Below, one piece after another: positions 1 to 10,549 of a DNA stretch of 64,000 nt; positions within the stretch are counted from its first letter, which is position 1, and every line of letters begins with the position of its first letter. A program made the translations under genes and the position numbers. The stretch lies in NCBI GenBank assembly GCA_036918135.1, contig JBALDB010000048.1:128001-192000 (forward strand). Reading direction: 5' to 3'. The DNA comes from Nostoc sp. GTDB lineage: Bacteria > Cyanobacteriota > Cyanobacteriia > Cyanobacteriales > Nostocaceae. The notes beneath the pieces were generated by a model that saw nothing but the letters and a program-made list of their open reading frames with translations, was not told where the DNA came from and ran no database searches.

Positions 1-209
1 TACACTTCATGATTCTTAATCATCTCAGCTTCCTTTTTTAGCTGACATAAGTCGCACAATCTAATAGGCTAATCTTAAAGTGGTGATTTTTCATAAAGCT
101 CAACTACTAAAAAAGGTAGGTTTTGTTGCTCAGTATTTTGGATTACTATGTGCAAAATGTTGCCTAACCTTTATCATCACTGAGTTGTTAATTAGTACCT
201 ATAGAGAAA

Positions 210-539
210 ATGCGTCTTAAAATTGTCCAGAACTTTGATGCTAGTTTTACTCTTGAACCACAAGCAAAAGAAACCTTATTTAACTTATTAACAAGTGAAG
301 CTTTTTTAAACCAAATATGCCAACAATTACAGTGTCAAAAAGTCGAATTTACAAAATTATTATTTCAGCCAGTTCCTTATAGCTTAACTACCACTAAAGG
401 AATGCCGGCAGAATTTGAAAAATATCATGCATCTGATGAATACGCCATTATCAACATCCCACCAAACTTTATGTTTAGTGCTAAGATTTTTCAACCTAGT
501 CGCCTTTGTGCTATTTATCAAAAATTGGATAATGCTTAA
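210..539 (+). CDS. hypothetical protein
   Basis: 109-aa ATG ORF; no motif recognised. Confidence 0.6.
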   Translation: MRLKIVQNFDASFTLEPQAKETLFNLLTSEAFLNQICQQLQCQKVEFTKLLFQPVPYSLTTTKGMPAEFEKYHASDEYAIINIPPNFMFSAKIFQPSRLCAIYQKLDNA

Positions 540-608
540 TTTGAAAGAGACTTTTATTTAATCAGTAATTTTCAATTCACAGGCAATAGCAACTTTTAAA
601 TTTAGTTT

Positions 609-1154
609 ATGAATACTGAAACCAATACTCCTGCTTTAACAAACTTAGAATTCACTCATTACATTGACGATCGCGGCCAACTTCCCGAACAATTTCAAGG
701 TAAAATCGGCGTATATGCTATCTTTGACCGAGAAAAAATACTGCAATTTGTGGGATATTCCCGTGATGTTTATCTTAGCCTGAAGCAGCATTTAGTACGT
801 CAACCGCACCAATGTTATTGGGTGAAAGTTCAAACTATTGAACGCCCCAGCCGCACAGTTTTAGAAAATATTGAAAATGCTTGGATTGCTGAAAATGGCA
901 GTGTGCCTGCTGGAAATGGGGATAGCAAGGAAAAATGGACTAATCCCATAGATGTGAAAATAGTAATGACACCTGAAGAACAGGCAAATTATCAAAATCC
1001 AGCTAATGATGAATTGGCACAAATAAAAATTATTAAAAATGTGGCACGGCGAGTAGAAGCAGAGATTTTTAAGGAATTAGAAGCGCGTGGTTTGCAACTA
1101 GAAGTTCGCTTTAATCCTAAATTGAAAGAACAAGGGTTACTGGATTTGAAATGA
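609..1154 (+). CDS. GIY-YIG nuclease family protein
   Basis: GVYAIFD...FVGYSRD motif. Confidence 0.75.
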   Translation: MNTETNTPALTNLEFTHYIDDRGQLPEQFQGKIGVYAIFDREKILQFVGYSRDVYLSLKQHLVRQPHQCYWVKVQTIERPSRTVLENIENAWIAENGSVPAGNGDSKEKWTNPIDVKIVMTPEEQANYQNPANDELAQIKIIKNVARRVEAEIFKELEARGLQLEVRFNPKLKEQGLLDLK

Positions 1155-1201
1155 AGGTAGTTTTGGGAAAACTATCTTATGAATATTGCTGGTAATCTCC
1201 C

Positions 1202-2665
1202 ATGACAACGCAGCTACTGAACGATCGCTATCAAGTTATCCGCACATTAGGTGCTGGTGGGTTTGGTGAAACCTACCTAGCAGAAGATACCTATATGCCC
1301 TCAAAGCGCCGTTGTGTGGTGAAACGGCTAAGACCAATTCACAATAACCCCCAAATTTATCAGTTAGTCCAAGAGAGGTTTCAACGGGAAGCAGCTATTT
1401 TAGAAGAACTCGGTGGCGCAAATGACCAGATTCCAGCCTTGTATGCCTACTTCTCTTCAGGTGGGGAATTTTACTTAGTTCAGGAGTGGGTTGAAGGTGA
1501 TACCCTAACCGCAAAAGTCCAAAAACAAGGACTATTTAGTGAAGTAGCTATCCAGGAATTATTCATGAATATCTTACCCGTCCTGGATTACGTCCACTCG
1601 AAAAATATAGTTCACCGCGATATCAAACCTGATAACATCATCATGCGTTATCACGACGGGAAATCGGTACTAATTGATTTTGGTGCTGTGCGGGAATCAA
1701 TGGGAACCGTAGTGAATTCCCAAGGGCTACCTACTAGTTCGATTGTAATTGGTACACCTGGGTATATGCCCAGCGAACAAGCCGCAGGTAGACCAGTTTA
1801 TTCGAGTGATTTATACAGTTTGGGAATGACAGTAATTTATTTACTGACTGGGAGAGTAGGACAACAACTAGAGACAGATTCCCGGACTGGTGAAATTGTT
1901 TGGCGACAGTATGCTGGTTATATCAGCCCAATGATGGCAGGAATAATCGATCGCGCCATCGCTTATCATCCACGCGATCGCTATCCCACAGCTAGAGCAA
2001 TGCTGGATGCTTTGCAGAGCATAGCAAATCCAATTCCCCCGACGCAACCCGTCTCGACTCAAGCAACTGTAGTATCTGCACCAGCACCTCAGACAGTCCC
2101 CGTTCAGTCGCAGCCAAACCCTCAAAATAAGAGTCAGAATAATATACTCATCGGTAGTTTGATTGTAGGTGGATTAATCGGTGCAGCTGTAATTATTGGT
2201 CAAATGCTGACAAAATCTTCTCAACCGACAACAGACAAAACAGTATTACCTTCGCAAACACCGTCAACTATTTCCAGTCCGGCGATCCAAACTCCTACAT
2301 TTACACCAGCGACTCCATCTATTCCTACTCAATCTACACCAACTCCCACTCCATTGATAACGCCAGCCGATAACACCACTGTTAATACTTATTTTTGGCT
2401 TTCTCAAAGACCTGTAACTGATGCCGATTTGGACGGTAAAAGCGGTTTTGAATTAGATATTATGCGAAATTCGATATTTGCTAGCCACGGCCGTCGTTTT
2501 GATACACCAGAATTACAAGATTACTTTAATAGCCAACCTTGGTATCGTCCTATATATTCACCAAAAGAATTTTCACCTAAATTGCTTTCAAAGTTAGAGC
2601 AACAGAATGTAGACTATATCAGCAAATATCAAGACCGTTACGGCTTGAGATATTTTAAAAAATAA
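1202..2665 (+). CDS. membrane Ser/Thr protein kinase with C-terminal YARHG-like domain
   Basis: GAGGFG, HRDIKPDN, DFG, GTPGY; TM helix; Pro/Thr linker; RNSIFASHGRRF tail. Confidence 0.9.
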   Translation: MTTQLLNDRYQVIRTLGAGGFGETYLAEDTYMPSKRRCVVKRLRPIHNNPQIYQLVQERFQREAAILEELGGANDQIPALYAYFSSGGEFYLVQEWVEGDTLTAKVQKQGLFSEVAIQELFMNILPVLDYVHSKNIVHRDIKPDNIIMRYHDGKSVLIDFGAVRESMGTVVNSQGLPTSSIVIGTPGYMPSEQAAGRPVYSSDLYSLGMTVIYLLTGRVGQQLETDSRTGEIVWRQYAGYISPMMAGIIDRAIAYHPRDRYPTARAMLDALQSIANPIPPTQPVSTQATVVSAPAPQTVPVQSQPNPQNKSQNNILIGSLIVGGLIGAAVIIGQMLTKSSQPTTDKTVLPSQTPSTISSPAIQTPTFTPATPSIPTQSTPTPTPLITPADNTTVNTYFWLSQRPVTDADLDGKSGFELDIMRNSIFASHGRRFDTPELQDYFNSQPWYRPIYSPKEFSPKLLSKLEQQNVDYISKYQDRYGLRYFKK

Positions 2666-2848
2666 ATTACTGATGTGCTTGTAACCAAACTACTAAATGT
2701 TAGATAGTAGAAAAATCTAAAGAGCTTCATTAAGTGCTTTCACTTAACTACTGGAAAGCTGTTGAATTTGTGCTTGCAACTGGGGAGAAAGTATACTTAG
2801 TCAGTGTCTGAGTTGACGCAAAGCTAGTGACACTTTTTTTCCGACTCT

Positions 2849-3505
2849 CTACAAAGAACCCCCTAACCCTATCTTGTTCTGATTACCCATCTGGATACTG
2901 CATAAAGCTGGACTGATACTAAAGTTACAAGTGTAGGTTGCCAAAGATTCTTTTTGATAATTGAATACCCGAACATTGTAACCAAAGTTTCGTCCAGTGC
3001 TACCTAAACGATTCACAAAATCATAGCGCTGTAGATCGTCTAATATGCTCCAAATTTGCTGATTTACGATCAAATCTACTCGGGCAGGTTCTTTTGCAAA
3101 AGCTGGATATGCGATCCAATTATCCAATAGCTTTTCCTCAAAATTTTCTTGTGCCCACCAGAAACTAGGAACAGTTAATCGTGTTGGATTAATGGTGTTA
3201 GCTGTAATTACATAGTCTTTTGGGTTAGTTAATAAATCTAATTCTAAAGGCGCACTAGAAGGCGAGGGTATTGGAGGTGTTTGTGCTACTGAAGGCGTGG
3301 TTAGTAAAGCACTCAGGCTAATAGTTAGTAGTAATAAAAAGGATGTTTGGCGATGTCTCACGACAAGCCACTTCTCCTGACAAAGACGCTTTGCGTAGCT
3401 TGCTTCTCGGTAGGAGTAAGTCAAGGCGTCTGTACAGAATTTAGGTATATCCATAACTGATACTAATTCGTAATTCATAATTAATATGCTTGTTAAAATT
3501 CGCAC
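2849..3505 (-). CDS. hypothetical exported protein; N-terminus carries repeat-derived sequence
   Basis: hydrophobic signal-like segment ending SVAQ; true start uncertain. Confidence 0.6.
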   Translation of the reverse strand: MRILTSILIMNYELVSVMDIPKFCTDALTYSYREASYAKRLCQEKWLVVRHRQTSFLLLLTISLSALLTTPSVAQTPPIPSPSSAPLELDLLTNPKDYVITANTINPTRLTVPSFWWAQENFEEKLLDNWIAYPAFAKEPARVDLIVNQQIWSILDDLQRYDFVNRLGSTGRNFGYNVRVFNYQKESLATYTCNFSISPALCSIQMGNQNKIGLGGSL

Positions 3506-3508
3506 AAT

Positions 3509-4285
3509 CTAAATTTTAATAGCAACGATGCGAATTCTTCGATAGTCTGCCTGCCAAGTTCCCTGTTGATACAGTCTTGGCTTCAGATATTCCTCCACGA
3601 CGCGAATTACTTGTATTTGTTGCTCATCAGAAAGTCGTGCTAAAAAACTGCTGGCAAACATCCGAATCCAGTTTGCCATCCCTGCTTCTCCCTCTGTTAA
3701 AGGAGTTGGACGAGCAAATAGGATGCTGTAGATGACATCAAAGCCTTGCTGCTCTAATAGGGTAGCGTACTCACCAATGCTGGGATAATACCAAGGATTC
3801 AGTGCTTGTGCGGAAATATTAATTGCTTCTAAGGCGTTGGATAAAGCTGTGACGATCGCCTGTATATTCCCCTTACCACCAAATTCTGCAACAAAACGCC
3901 CTCCGGGTTTTAGGGCTTGGTGTATGGAAGCGATCGCCCGATCCGCTGGTTTCACCCAATGCAATACAGCGTTGGAAAACACAGCATCAAACGGCTGCTC
4001 AATTTGAAAATTTGTCGCATCTGCAACATCAAAGCGGATATGGGGATAGTTTTCTTTTGCCTTTTCTATCATTGCGGGTGCGCTATCAATTCCCCAGACT
4101 TGAGCGCCAGTTTGGGCAATTTTATCAGTGAGTTGTCCAGTCCCACAGCCAAGATCCAAAATCGATTCTCCTGGCTGGGGGTTGAGTAGTTGCAACAAGT
4201 CTTCGCCATATTGCCAAACAAAGGCGTGTTTATCTTCATACAGGGAAGTGTCCCAATTATTATTGAGTGTCGAAATATTATTCAT
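3509..4285 (-). CDS. class I SAM-dependent methyltransferase
   Basis: ILDLGCGTG; FDAVFSNAVLHW. Confidence 0.9.
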   Translation of the reverse strand: MNNISTLNNNWDTSLYEDKHAFVWQYGEDLLQLLNPQPGESILDLGCGTGQLTDKIAQTGAQVWGIDSAPAMIEKAKENYPHIRFDVADATNFQIEQPFDAVFSNAVLHWVKPADRAIASIHQALKPGGRFVAEFGGKGNIQAIVTALSNALEAINISAQALNPWYYPSIGEYATLLEQQGFDVIYSILFARPTPLTEGEAGMANWIRMFASSFLARLSDEQQIQVIRVVEEYLKPRLYQQGTWQADYRRIRIVAIKI

Positions 4286-4439
4286 AAACTATGAAATTAC
4301 AATGTGTTGATTTGTCAATCCTCAATCATCTGCTTGAGGTTGATGACTACCTAATCACTACAGTAGAAAAGATTTTTAATCATGTCCAATATATATTTTC
4401 ACCCTAACTAATATTTTAAAGATATGAGTCAGGTAACAG

Positions 4440-5327
4440 ATGGAACTACGACACTTGCGCTACTTTGTCATCTTGGCAGAAGAACTGCACTTTGGGCGGG
4501 CAGCAGAACGCTTACATATTGCCCAACCTCCCTTGAGTCAACAAATTCGGCAGCTAGAAGGGGAATTAGGTTTTGAACTGTTTCATCGCACGAAACGAAA
4601 TGTGCAGTTAACAGAAGCGGGACAAGTGTTTCTCGGTGAAGTCCAGCAAATTTTCAGGCAACTACAACAGGCTATTCAAGTCGGGCGGCAAACCAGTCGC
4701 GGCGAAATTGGACAGTTAGTGGTTGGCTTTGTGAGTTCTGCTGCGTATAATATTTTGCCAACTATTCTGCGAACCTTCCGTAGTTTAGTTCCTGGTGTGA
4801 GCTTAGAGTTACACGAACTAACTACAGATCGACAGTTAGAGTGGTTGCCAGAAGGTCGAATGGATATAGGATTTGTGCGTCCACCTGTCGAAGAAAATAG
4901 ATTTAGTTGGGAGATAATTTTTCAAGAGCCGCTGATGGTAGCATTACCTGAAGCACATTTGCAAGCTAATGAGTCTGATGTGTGTTTGACATCACTTGCC
5001 AATGAACCGTTTATTTTATTTCCCAGGATATTAGCACCAGGACTTTATGACTTAATCATTAGTCTCTGCCAGCAAGCAGGCTTTAGTCCCAAAGTTGCCC
5101 AAGAAGCCATCCAGATGCAAACGATAGTTAGCTTAGTTGCAGCCGAGATGGGTGTGGCGATCGTGCCAGCATCTTTGCAAAATCTCCAACGAACTGGGGT
5201 AGTTTATAAAACTGTACAAGAATCTACACCAAAAGTGGGTATTGCGATGATTTGGCGAAAAAACGAGACATCCCCAACTGTGCTGAAGTTTGTGGAGATA
5301 GTCAGACAAGTTGCAAACCGATTATGA
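4440..5327 (+). CDS. LysR-family regulator, divergent from the methyltransferase
   Basis: ELHFGRAAERLHIAQPPLSQQIRQLE HTH. Confidence 0.95.
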   Translation: MELRHLRYFVILAEELHFGRAAERLHIAQPPLSQQIRQLEGELGFELFHRTKRNVQLTEAGQVFLGEVQQIFRQLQQAIQVGRQTSRGEIGQLVVGFVSSAAYNILPTILRTFRSLVPGVSLELHELTTDRQLEWLPEGRMDIGFVRPPVEENRFSWEIIFQEPLMVALPEAHLQANESDVCLTSLANEPFILFPRILAPGLYDLIISLCQQAGFSPKVAQEAIQMQTIVSLVAAEMGVAIVPASLQNLQRTGVVYKTVQESTPKVGIAMIWRKNETSPTVLKFVEIVRQVANRL

Positions 5328-5590
5328 ACACAGGGTGTCTCGTTAAGAAATTCGATATAGTTTACTTTCTACCAGTCAACTTATCTAAGAAATCCATTTT
5401 CCCAGCAAAGTTGATAATATCTTGACCTATACGAAAATCTTTGTACTCAGCATTATTCAAAGCCATTTGATTACGAGTCAGAATAGAAGTAGGTATTGAT
5501 TTCAATCCCAAATGACTGTACTTAATTTAGTACCCTGACTTATTGAAAAAGTCGGGGTTATGAGGGTCAAGTGAGTAATAGCAAGTAATT

Positions 5591-6250
5591 TTGCTAAACT
5601 CTGAATCATCATCAGGAGTAAGTGTGATGTTTCAAGCCTTACCAAAAACAATCACTTTTGAAGAATTCCTAAATTGGAAACCAGATGGTGGATGCTATGA
5701 ACTACATAACGGGGTAATTGTTGAAATGCAGCCAGTAGGAGACCATGAAGAGATTAATGGTTTTTTAGCTGGTGAAATAACTTTAGAGTTTAAACGATTA
5801 AAACTTCCTTACCTCATACTCAAGCAAGCACTAGTCAAGGTTCCTAACAAAGAGTCTGGTTATTCGCCTGATGTAATAGTGATAAATCAAAAAAATCTTT
5901 CGTTAGAACCGATGTGGAAAAAGTCCTCAACAGTCACTCAATCTGCGTCTGTTCCCCTAATTATTGAAGTCGTCAGCACTAATTGGAGGGATGATTATGC
6001 ATCGAAGCTAGTTGACTATGAAACTTTTGGCGTTCCTGAATACTGGATTGTAGATTATTTAGCTTTGGGTGGTAGAAGGTACATAGGTAATCCTAAACAA
6101 CCTACTATTTCCATCTACTATTTAGTGGACGGTGAGTATCAAGTTAACTTGTTTCGGGGTAATGACCAGATTGCATCACCTACATTCCCACAATTGAATT
6201 TGACTGCCGAACAAATTTTTCTAGCCGCCCGGCTTGAAAATAAGTTATGA
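5591..6250 (+). CDS. Uma2-family (PD-(D/E)XK) endonuclease
   Basis: SPDV, IIEVVS, GVPEYWIVD; likely start ATG ~5627. Confidence 0.9.
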   Translation: MLNSESSSGVSVMFQALPKTITFEEFLNWKPDGGCYELHNGVIVEMQPVGDHEEINGFLAGEITLEFKRLKLPYLILKQALVKVPNKESGYSPDVIVINQKNLSLEPMWKKSSTVTQSASVPLIIEVVSTNWRDDYASKLVDYETFGVPEYWIVDYLALGGRRYIGNPKQPTISIYYLVDGEYQVNLFRGNDQIASPTFPQLNLTAEQIFLAARLENKL

Positions 6251-8800
6251 CCGCAATGCAGATACTCCCATAGGGCCACGAGTTACGCCCAATTGATTTT
6301 GCAACTTCAACTCTCGCCACAGTTGGGAACCTGTGATTTCACCTTGCAGTAGTTGACGATAGCGATGTATTGTTTTAGTCACTTGTTCTGGTTTCTCATT
6401 CACAAACTCGATACGGAAGTGACGTAATCCCAATTCGAGCAGACGCTGTACGTACTCGGCTCCTGTTTGAGCAGTACCGTTAAATACGGTATTACGACAG
6501 CCTACATCTGCTTTTAGAACGTGTTCGCTACCTACACGGTCTTTTAATTTCACTTCATGCTTTTCACAAGGTCGTCCACAGTTTGTGTAATCTGTTCCTG
6601 TTGAAAGAAAGGCACAAAATACGCAATGTTCCATGTGAAACATCGGCATATGTTGATGGATTGTCACCTCAAACCACTGAGGTGGACAACTGGCGAGCAG
6701 GTCTTCAAGTTGGCTAATGTTTAAGTCATAGGATGCTGTTAGCCGTTCCAAACTATAGCGCTGCTGAAAGTAGTCTGCCGTTAAAGGGTTGGCAACATTA
6801 AGCGAAAAATCTCCGATACAACGGTCTTGGGCAAAGAATTGCAATTGGTCATAGTTGCGTATCAGATAGCCATCTGCCTTTGAAGCACGTACTTGCTGTA
6901 AAATCCAGTTTTCTCCCGGTTTAGTAATTCGGGGTGGTGCTACCCAAATAGTGGGGAGTAGGGATTGTTGTCTTTGTTGATGTACTAGCTGTACTGCTTC
7001 TCGGTAGGCACGAGGGTCTTCAAATTCACAGTAAAGTGTCTCAATACCAGCTTTCAAGGCGGCTTGGAGTTGCTTAAAGTTTCGTACTAGAACGATGAGT
7101 GAAGGAGATGAAAGGGATAAGGAAGATGAGGAGGGGAGTAAGTCTTCAAAAGAAACATCAGAACGTAATTCCCAACGCTTGGGTTGACTCCGCAATTCTT
7201 CCAACTGCGCCACTATATCTCGCCGCATCCGGTTTAACTCACTTACGGGCAGCATAACGGTATCACTGAGACGGTTGGTTAGCTCTCCCAAACAGAAAGG
7301 TGTATTACCGAGACGACCGAATTGTTCTTGCAAACGTTCTGTATCTAGCGGTTTGGTATGCGCCTCCACCAGTGAAATTGCAGACTCTACTTGTACAATA
7401 TTACTGAGTTCATCGCGAGCGATCGCCACTAATTTCTGACCAACTTCTCCATAAACCTCTAAGTCAATCGGACGCTGAAATTGTGGGTTCTCGCCAGCAA
7501 AACTCTGACGCAGTTGTTTATCGAGTTCCGGGTCGCTGGTTTTCCAAACCTTATCGCCTACATGCACCCGACGTAAGTTCAAATCACTTCTACCAAAGGT
7601 CAGCAGAGTTTTCTTACCTTTGGACACTACAGCATAAACCCGGCCGCCTTCTTCCTTCGCCTCTGGATGACCGCAGTCAAACACAATTCCATCTCCCGGT
7701 TTGACAGGTGCTTCTAGTTTGACTGCTATCTGTTCATTGTGAATGCGGGTAACCTCACCGAGATAAACCCCACGTTTTTTACCGAAACGGGCATGAACTA
7801 ATTCCTGATTATTAATCCCGCTAAACCACCCTGTATAGAGTCCGCGAGAAAATGCCATCTCTAAATTGTAGTGTTCCTCAGAAGCAGAAATTTTTTGTGA
7901 TACTTTCCCTACATCCTGTCCCAATTCCTCCATCACCCGATTCAGGGCTTGGCGATATACATGGGTAACATTAGCAACATACTCAGGGGCTTTCAAACGA
8001 CCTTCAATTTTCAAACAAGTTACACCTGATTTCACCAAATCTGGCAAAACATCTAATCCTGCTAGGTCTTGAGGACTGAGTAAGTATTTGCGTTCTTTTA
8101 AATTCACAACTTCCCCGTCAGCGATTAACTCGTAGGGCATCCGGCAAGCTTGGGCACATTCACCTCGGTTAGCAGAACGTCCGCCTAAAGCCTCACTAGT
8201 CAAACACTGACCGGAATACGCCACGCACAAAGCACCGTGAACAAAGACCTCTAGGGGTAAGGAAGCATCTTGTTGCACAATCTGCTGCTGAATTTTATTG
8301 ATTTCTTTGAGAGAACATTCACGTGCCAGTACCACCAATTGACAGCCGAGAGACTTGGCAAATTCCACTCCAGCCGTACTAGTGATAGTCATTTGTGTAG
8401 AAGCATGGATGGGAAAATCGGGCGAGAGGTGACGGATGAGACGGCATATACCAATATCTTGAACAATCACCGCATCTACACCTGCTGCAATAATTGTGCG
8501 GAGATATTGTTGCGCTTGTGCTAGTTCTTTAAGAAATATTAGTGTGTTGACAGTGACATAACCCTTTACGCCTCGACGGTGCAGAAATCTCATCAATTGG
8601 GGCAAGTCTGCCTCAGTAAAATTTTGTGCCCGCATTCTGGCGTTAAAGCGATCCAAACCAAAGTAAATTGCATCTGCTCCATTTTCCACAGCAGCTTTAG
8701 CACATTCCCAGTTACCTGCTGGTGCAAGTAGTTCGGGACGTTGAAGAGAAGGTGGGGAAGAAGGGCTTAGGCGTAGCCCATCGGAGATATCGCTTTTCAT
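6245..8800 (-). CDS. peptidase U32 family protein (RlhA-like RNA hydroxylation factor)
   Basis: PELLAPAG, HGALCVAYSGQC, NRGECAQACR, LKIEGR. Confidence 0.85.
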   Translation of the reverse strand: MKSDISDGLRLSPSSPPSLQRPELLAPAGNWECAKAAVENGADAIYFGLDRFNARMRAQNFTEADLPQLMRFLHRRGVKGYVTVNTLIFLKELAQAQQYLRTIIAAGVDAVIVQDIGICRLIRHLSPDFPIHASTQMTITSTAGVEFAKSLGCQLVVLARECSLKEINKIQQQIVQQDASLPLEVFVHGALCVAYSGQCLTSEALGGRSANRGECAQACRMPYELIADGEVVNLKERKYLLSPQDLAGLDVLPDLVKSGVTCLKIEGRLKAPEYVANVTHVYRQALNRVMEELGQDVGKVSQKISASEEHYNLEMAFSRGLYTGWFSGINNQELVHARFGKKRGVYLGEVTRIHNEQIAVKLEAPVKPGDGIVFDCGHPEAKEEGGRVYAVVSKGKKTLLTFGRSDLNLRRVHVGDKVWKTSDPELDKQLRQSFAGENPQFQRPIDLEVYGEVGQKLVAIARDELSNIVQVESAISLVEAHTKPLDTERLQEQFGRLGNTPFCLGELTNRLSDTVMLPVSELNRMRRDIVAQLEELRSQPKRWELRSDVSFEDLLPSSSSLSLSSPSLIVLVRNFKQLQAALKAGIETLYCEFEDPRAYREAVQLVHQQRQQSLLPTIWVAPPRITKPGENWILQQVRASKADGYLIRNYDQLQFFAQDRCIGDFSLNVANPLTADYFQQRYSLERLTASYDLNISQLEDLLASCPPQWFEVTIHQHMPMFHMEHCVFCAFLSTGTDYTNCGRPCEKHEVKLKDRVGSEHVLKADVGCRNTVFNGTAQTGAEYVQRLLELGLRHFRIEFVNEKPEQVTKTIHRYRQLLQGEITGSQLWRELKLQNQLGVTRGPMGVSALRS

Positions 8801-9006
8801 TAGACTTGGGGTTAAGTAGCACCATAGTGATTTTATCTAAGTTGATGGGGGATGAGGGGAAGGGAGGCGATCGCTATCTCCACCCTAGTGTTTTAATTCA
8901 CCTAGAGTAATAAAAAACGATCCTATTTTCCAAATATTGTGTGTACATTGTCCACTAATATTAGCTATGCTGTAAATAGAGACTCAGCTAAAAGTGGGAA
9001 TTAGCC

Positions 9007-9291
9007 ATGTCAGAAACATCATCTGCAAAAGATTGTCGTATCGATTTACGAGTCACCCAAGAACAAAAAGAACTACTAGAACGTGCTGCAAGTCTCAAAG
9101 GAATTTCTTTGAGTGCTTATACACTTTTTCATGTTTTGCCAGTCGCCAAGCAAGATATAGATGCAAATGAAAGGCTGGTGCTGTCTAATCTTGATAGAGA
9201 TTTATTTATGTCAGTAATGGAAAACCCGCCAGAACTGAAGGGAAAACTCAAATCTGCTATTCACAAATATAGACAGAAGTATGACAAGTGA
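9007..9291 (+). CDS. DUF1778 ribbon-helix-helix antitoxin (TacA/AtaR-like)
   Basis: RIDLRVT-EQKELLERAA; overlaps the downstream GNAT. Confidence 0.85.
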   Translation: MSETSSAKDCRIDLRVTQEQKELLERAASLKGISLSAYTLFHVLPVAKQDIDANERLVLSNLDRDLFMSVMENPPELKGKLKSAIHKYRQKYDK

Positions 9292-9805
9292 TAGCGAGGT
9301 AAGATGGAATTTTGTACCAATAGAGAAAAAGCATCAAAGAGATTCTTTTGATTGCGGTTATGCAATTTTGAATGATTATCTTAAGAAATATGCACGGCAA
9401 AATCATAACAGGGGAATTGCTAAAACATTTGTAGCAATTTCGGCATCAGGAAGCTTGAAGATTGATGGCTATTATACTGTCAGTGCTAGTGTTATTGAGT
9501 ATGAATCGTTGCCAGAATCTTATCATCGTGGGATGCCTGCCTATCCAATTCCAGCAATACTAATTGGGAGATTAGCAGTAGATAATTCGGTTAAAGGACA
9601 AGGTTTGGGAGGTGAATTATTAGTTGATGCTCTTTATCGCGCTGTTTGTGCTTCCCAAGAAATTGGAATATATGCTGTGAGAGTTGATGCTATTGATTTT
9701 CAGGCAAAGGAATTTTATCTCAAGTATGAGTTTATTCCTTTTCAAGACAATGAACTCTCACTATTTCTGCTAATAACAACGATAGTTAGAGAGTTTGGTG
9801 AATAG
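9281..9805 (+). CDS. GNAT acetyltransferase toxin (TacT/AtaT-like)
   Basis: FDCG..LN.YL; IGRLAVD..GQGLG; FYLKY. Confidence 0.85.
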   Translation: MTSDSEVRWNFVPIEKKHQRDSFDCGYAILNDYLKKYARQNHNRGIAKTFVAISASGSLKIDGYYTVSASVIEYESLPESYHRGMPAYPIPAILIGRLAVDNSVKGQGLGGELLVDALYRAVCASQEIGIYAVRVDAIDFQAKEFYLKYEFIPFQDNELSLFLLITTIVREFGE

Positions 9806-9931
9806 AGCTATATAAATCTTAAAAGTTACTGGTAAAAGAGCGTAGACGCTTCTTCAGCTTGTCGTCAGGCGATCGCCTTTGTCAACTGAGACAAATTAAG
9901 CGATATCTTTGATGTGCTACGCCTACGCACA

Positions 9932-10549
9932 TTACCCCAATCCCTCAACATCAGTACTTTCACCTTTCAACTCAACAGGCTCAAACTTCACTTTGTTGTA
10001 TAAATCTTGTAAATAAATCTCAAAGGGTACAGTTACAAGTACGATCGCTTCATCTTCTTCATCATATTCACGAAGCGTCCATTGCTTTTTCCCGGTTTTA
10101 GAAAATTGATTTACATGAATCCGAGTTTGGTCAATTAATAGATATTCTTGGAAGGTAGAAATTGTCCGGTAAGCCTCAAATTTATCTTCGCGATCGTAGC
10201 CTTTGGTGGATTTTGATAAAACTTCCACAATAATCTGGGGGTTGACAATTATATCGCTCCGGTTGTTGAAATATTCCGGTTCACCTGCCAGAATCATCAC
10301 ATCTGGATAGGTGTAGGTACGCTTTTGGTGTATCCATAGACGAATATCACCCATGAAAACTTCGTAATCTTGCTGTCGAAATGCAAAATTTAAGGCAGCA
10401 CTTAGATTCAGTGAGATTCGATTGTGATTTATCGTTCCACCCGCCATAGGAATTATTTGTCCGTCAATATATTCACTTTTGTAGTCAGCAGCTTCTTCTA
10501 GCTCTAAATATTCCTCTGGAGTATAGTATCGCTGTTGTGTTATTTGCAT
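9932..10549 (-). CDS. Uma2-family endonuclease
   Basis: YTYPDV, IVEVLSKST, EYLLIDQ. Confidence 0.9.
   Translation of the reverse strand: MQITQQRYYTPEEYLELEEAADYKSEYIDGQIIPMAGGTINHNRISLNLSAALNFAFRQQDYEVFMGDIRLWIHQKRTYTYPDVMILAGEPEYFNNRSDIIVNPQIIVEVLSKSTKGYDREDKFEAYRTISTFQEYLLIDQTRIHVNQFSKTGKKQWTLREYDEEDEAIVLVTVPFEIYLQDLYNKVKFEPVELKGESTDVEGLG

Noticed and set aside
1..48. Possible minus-strand gene start at the window edge
   Set aside because: ATG at 48 hits a stop after 7 codons; too little sequence to judge.
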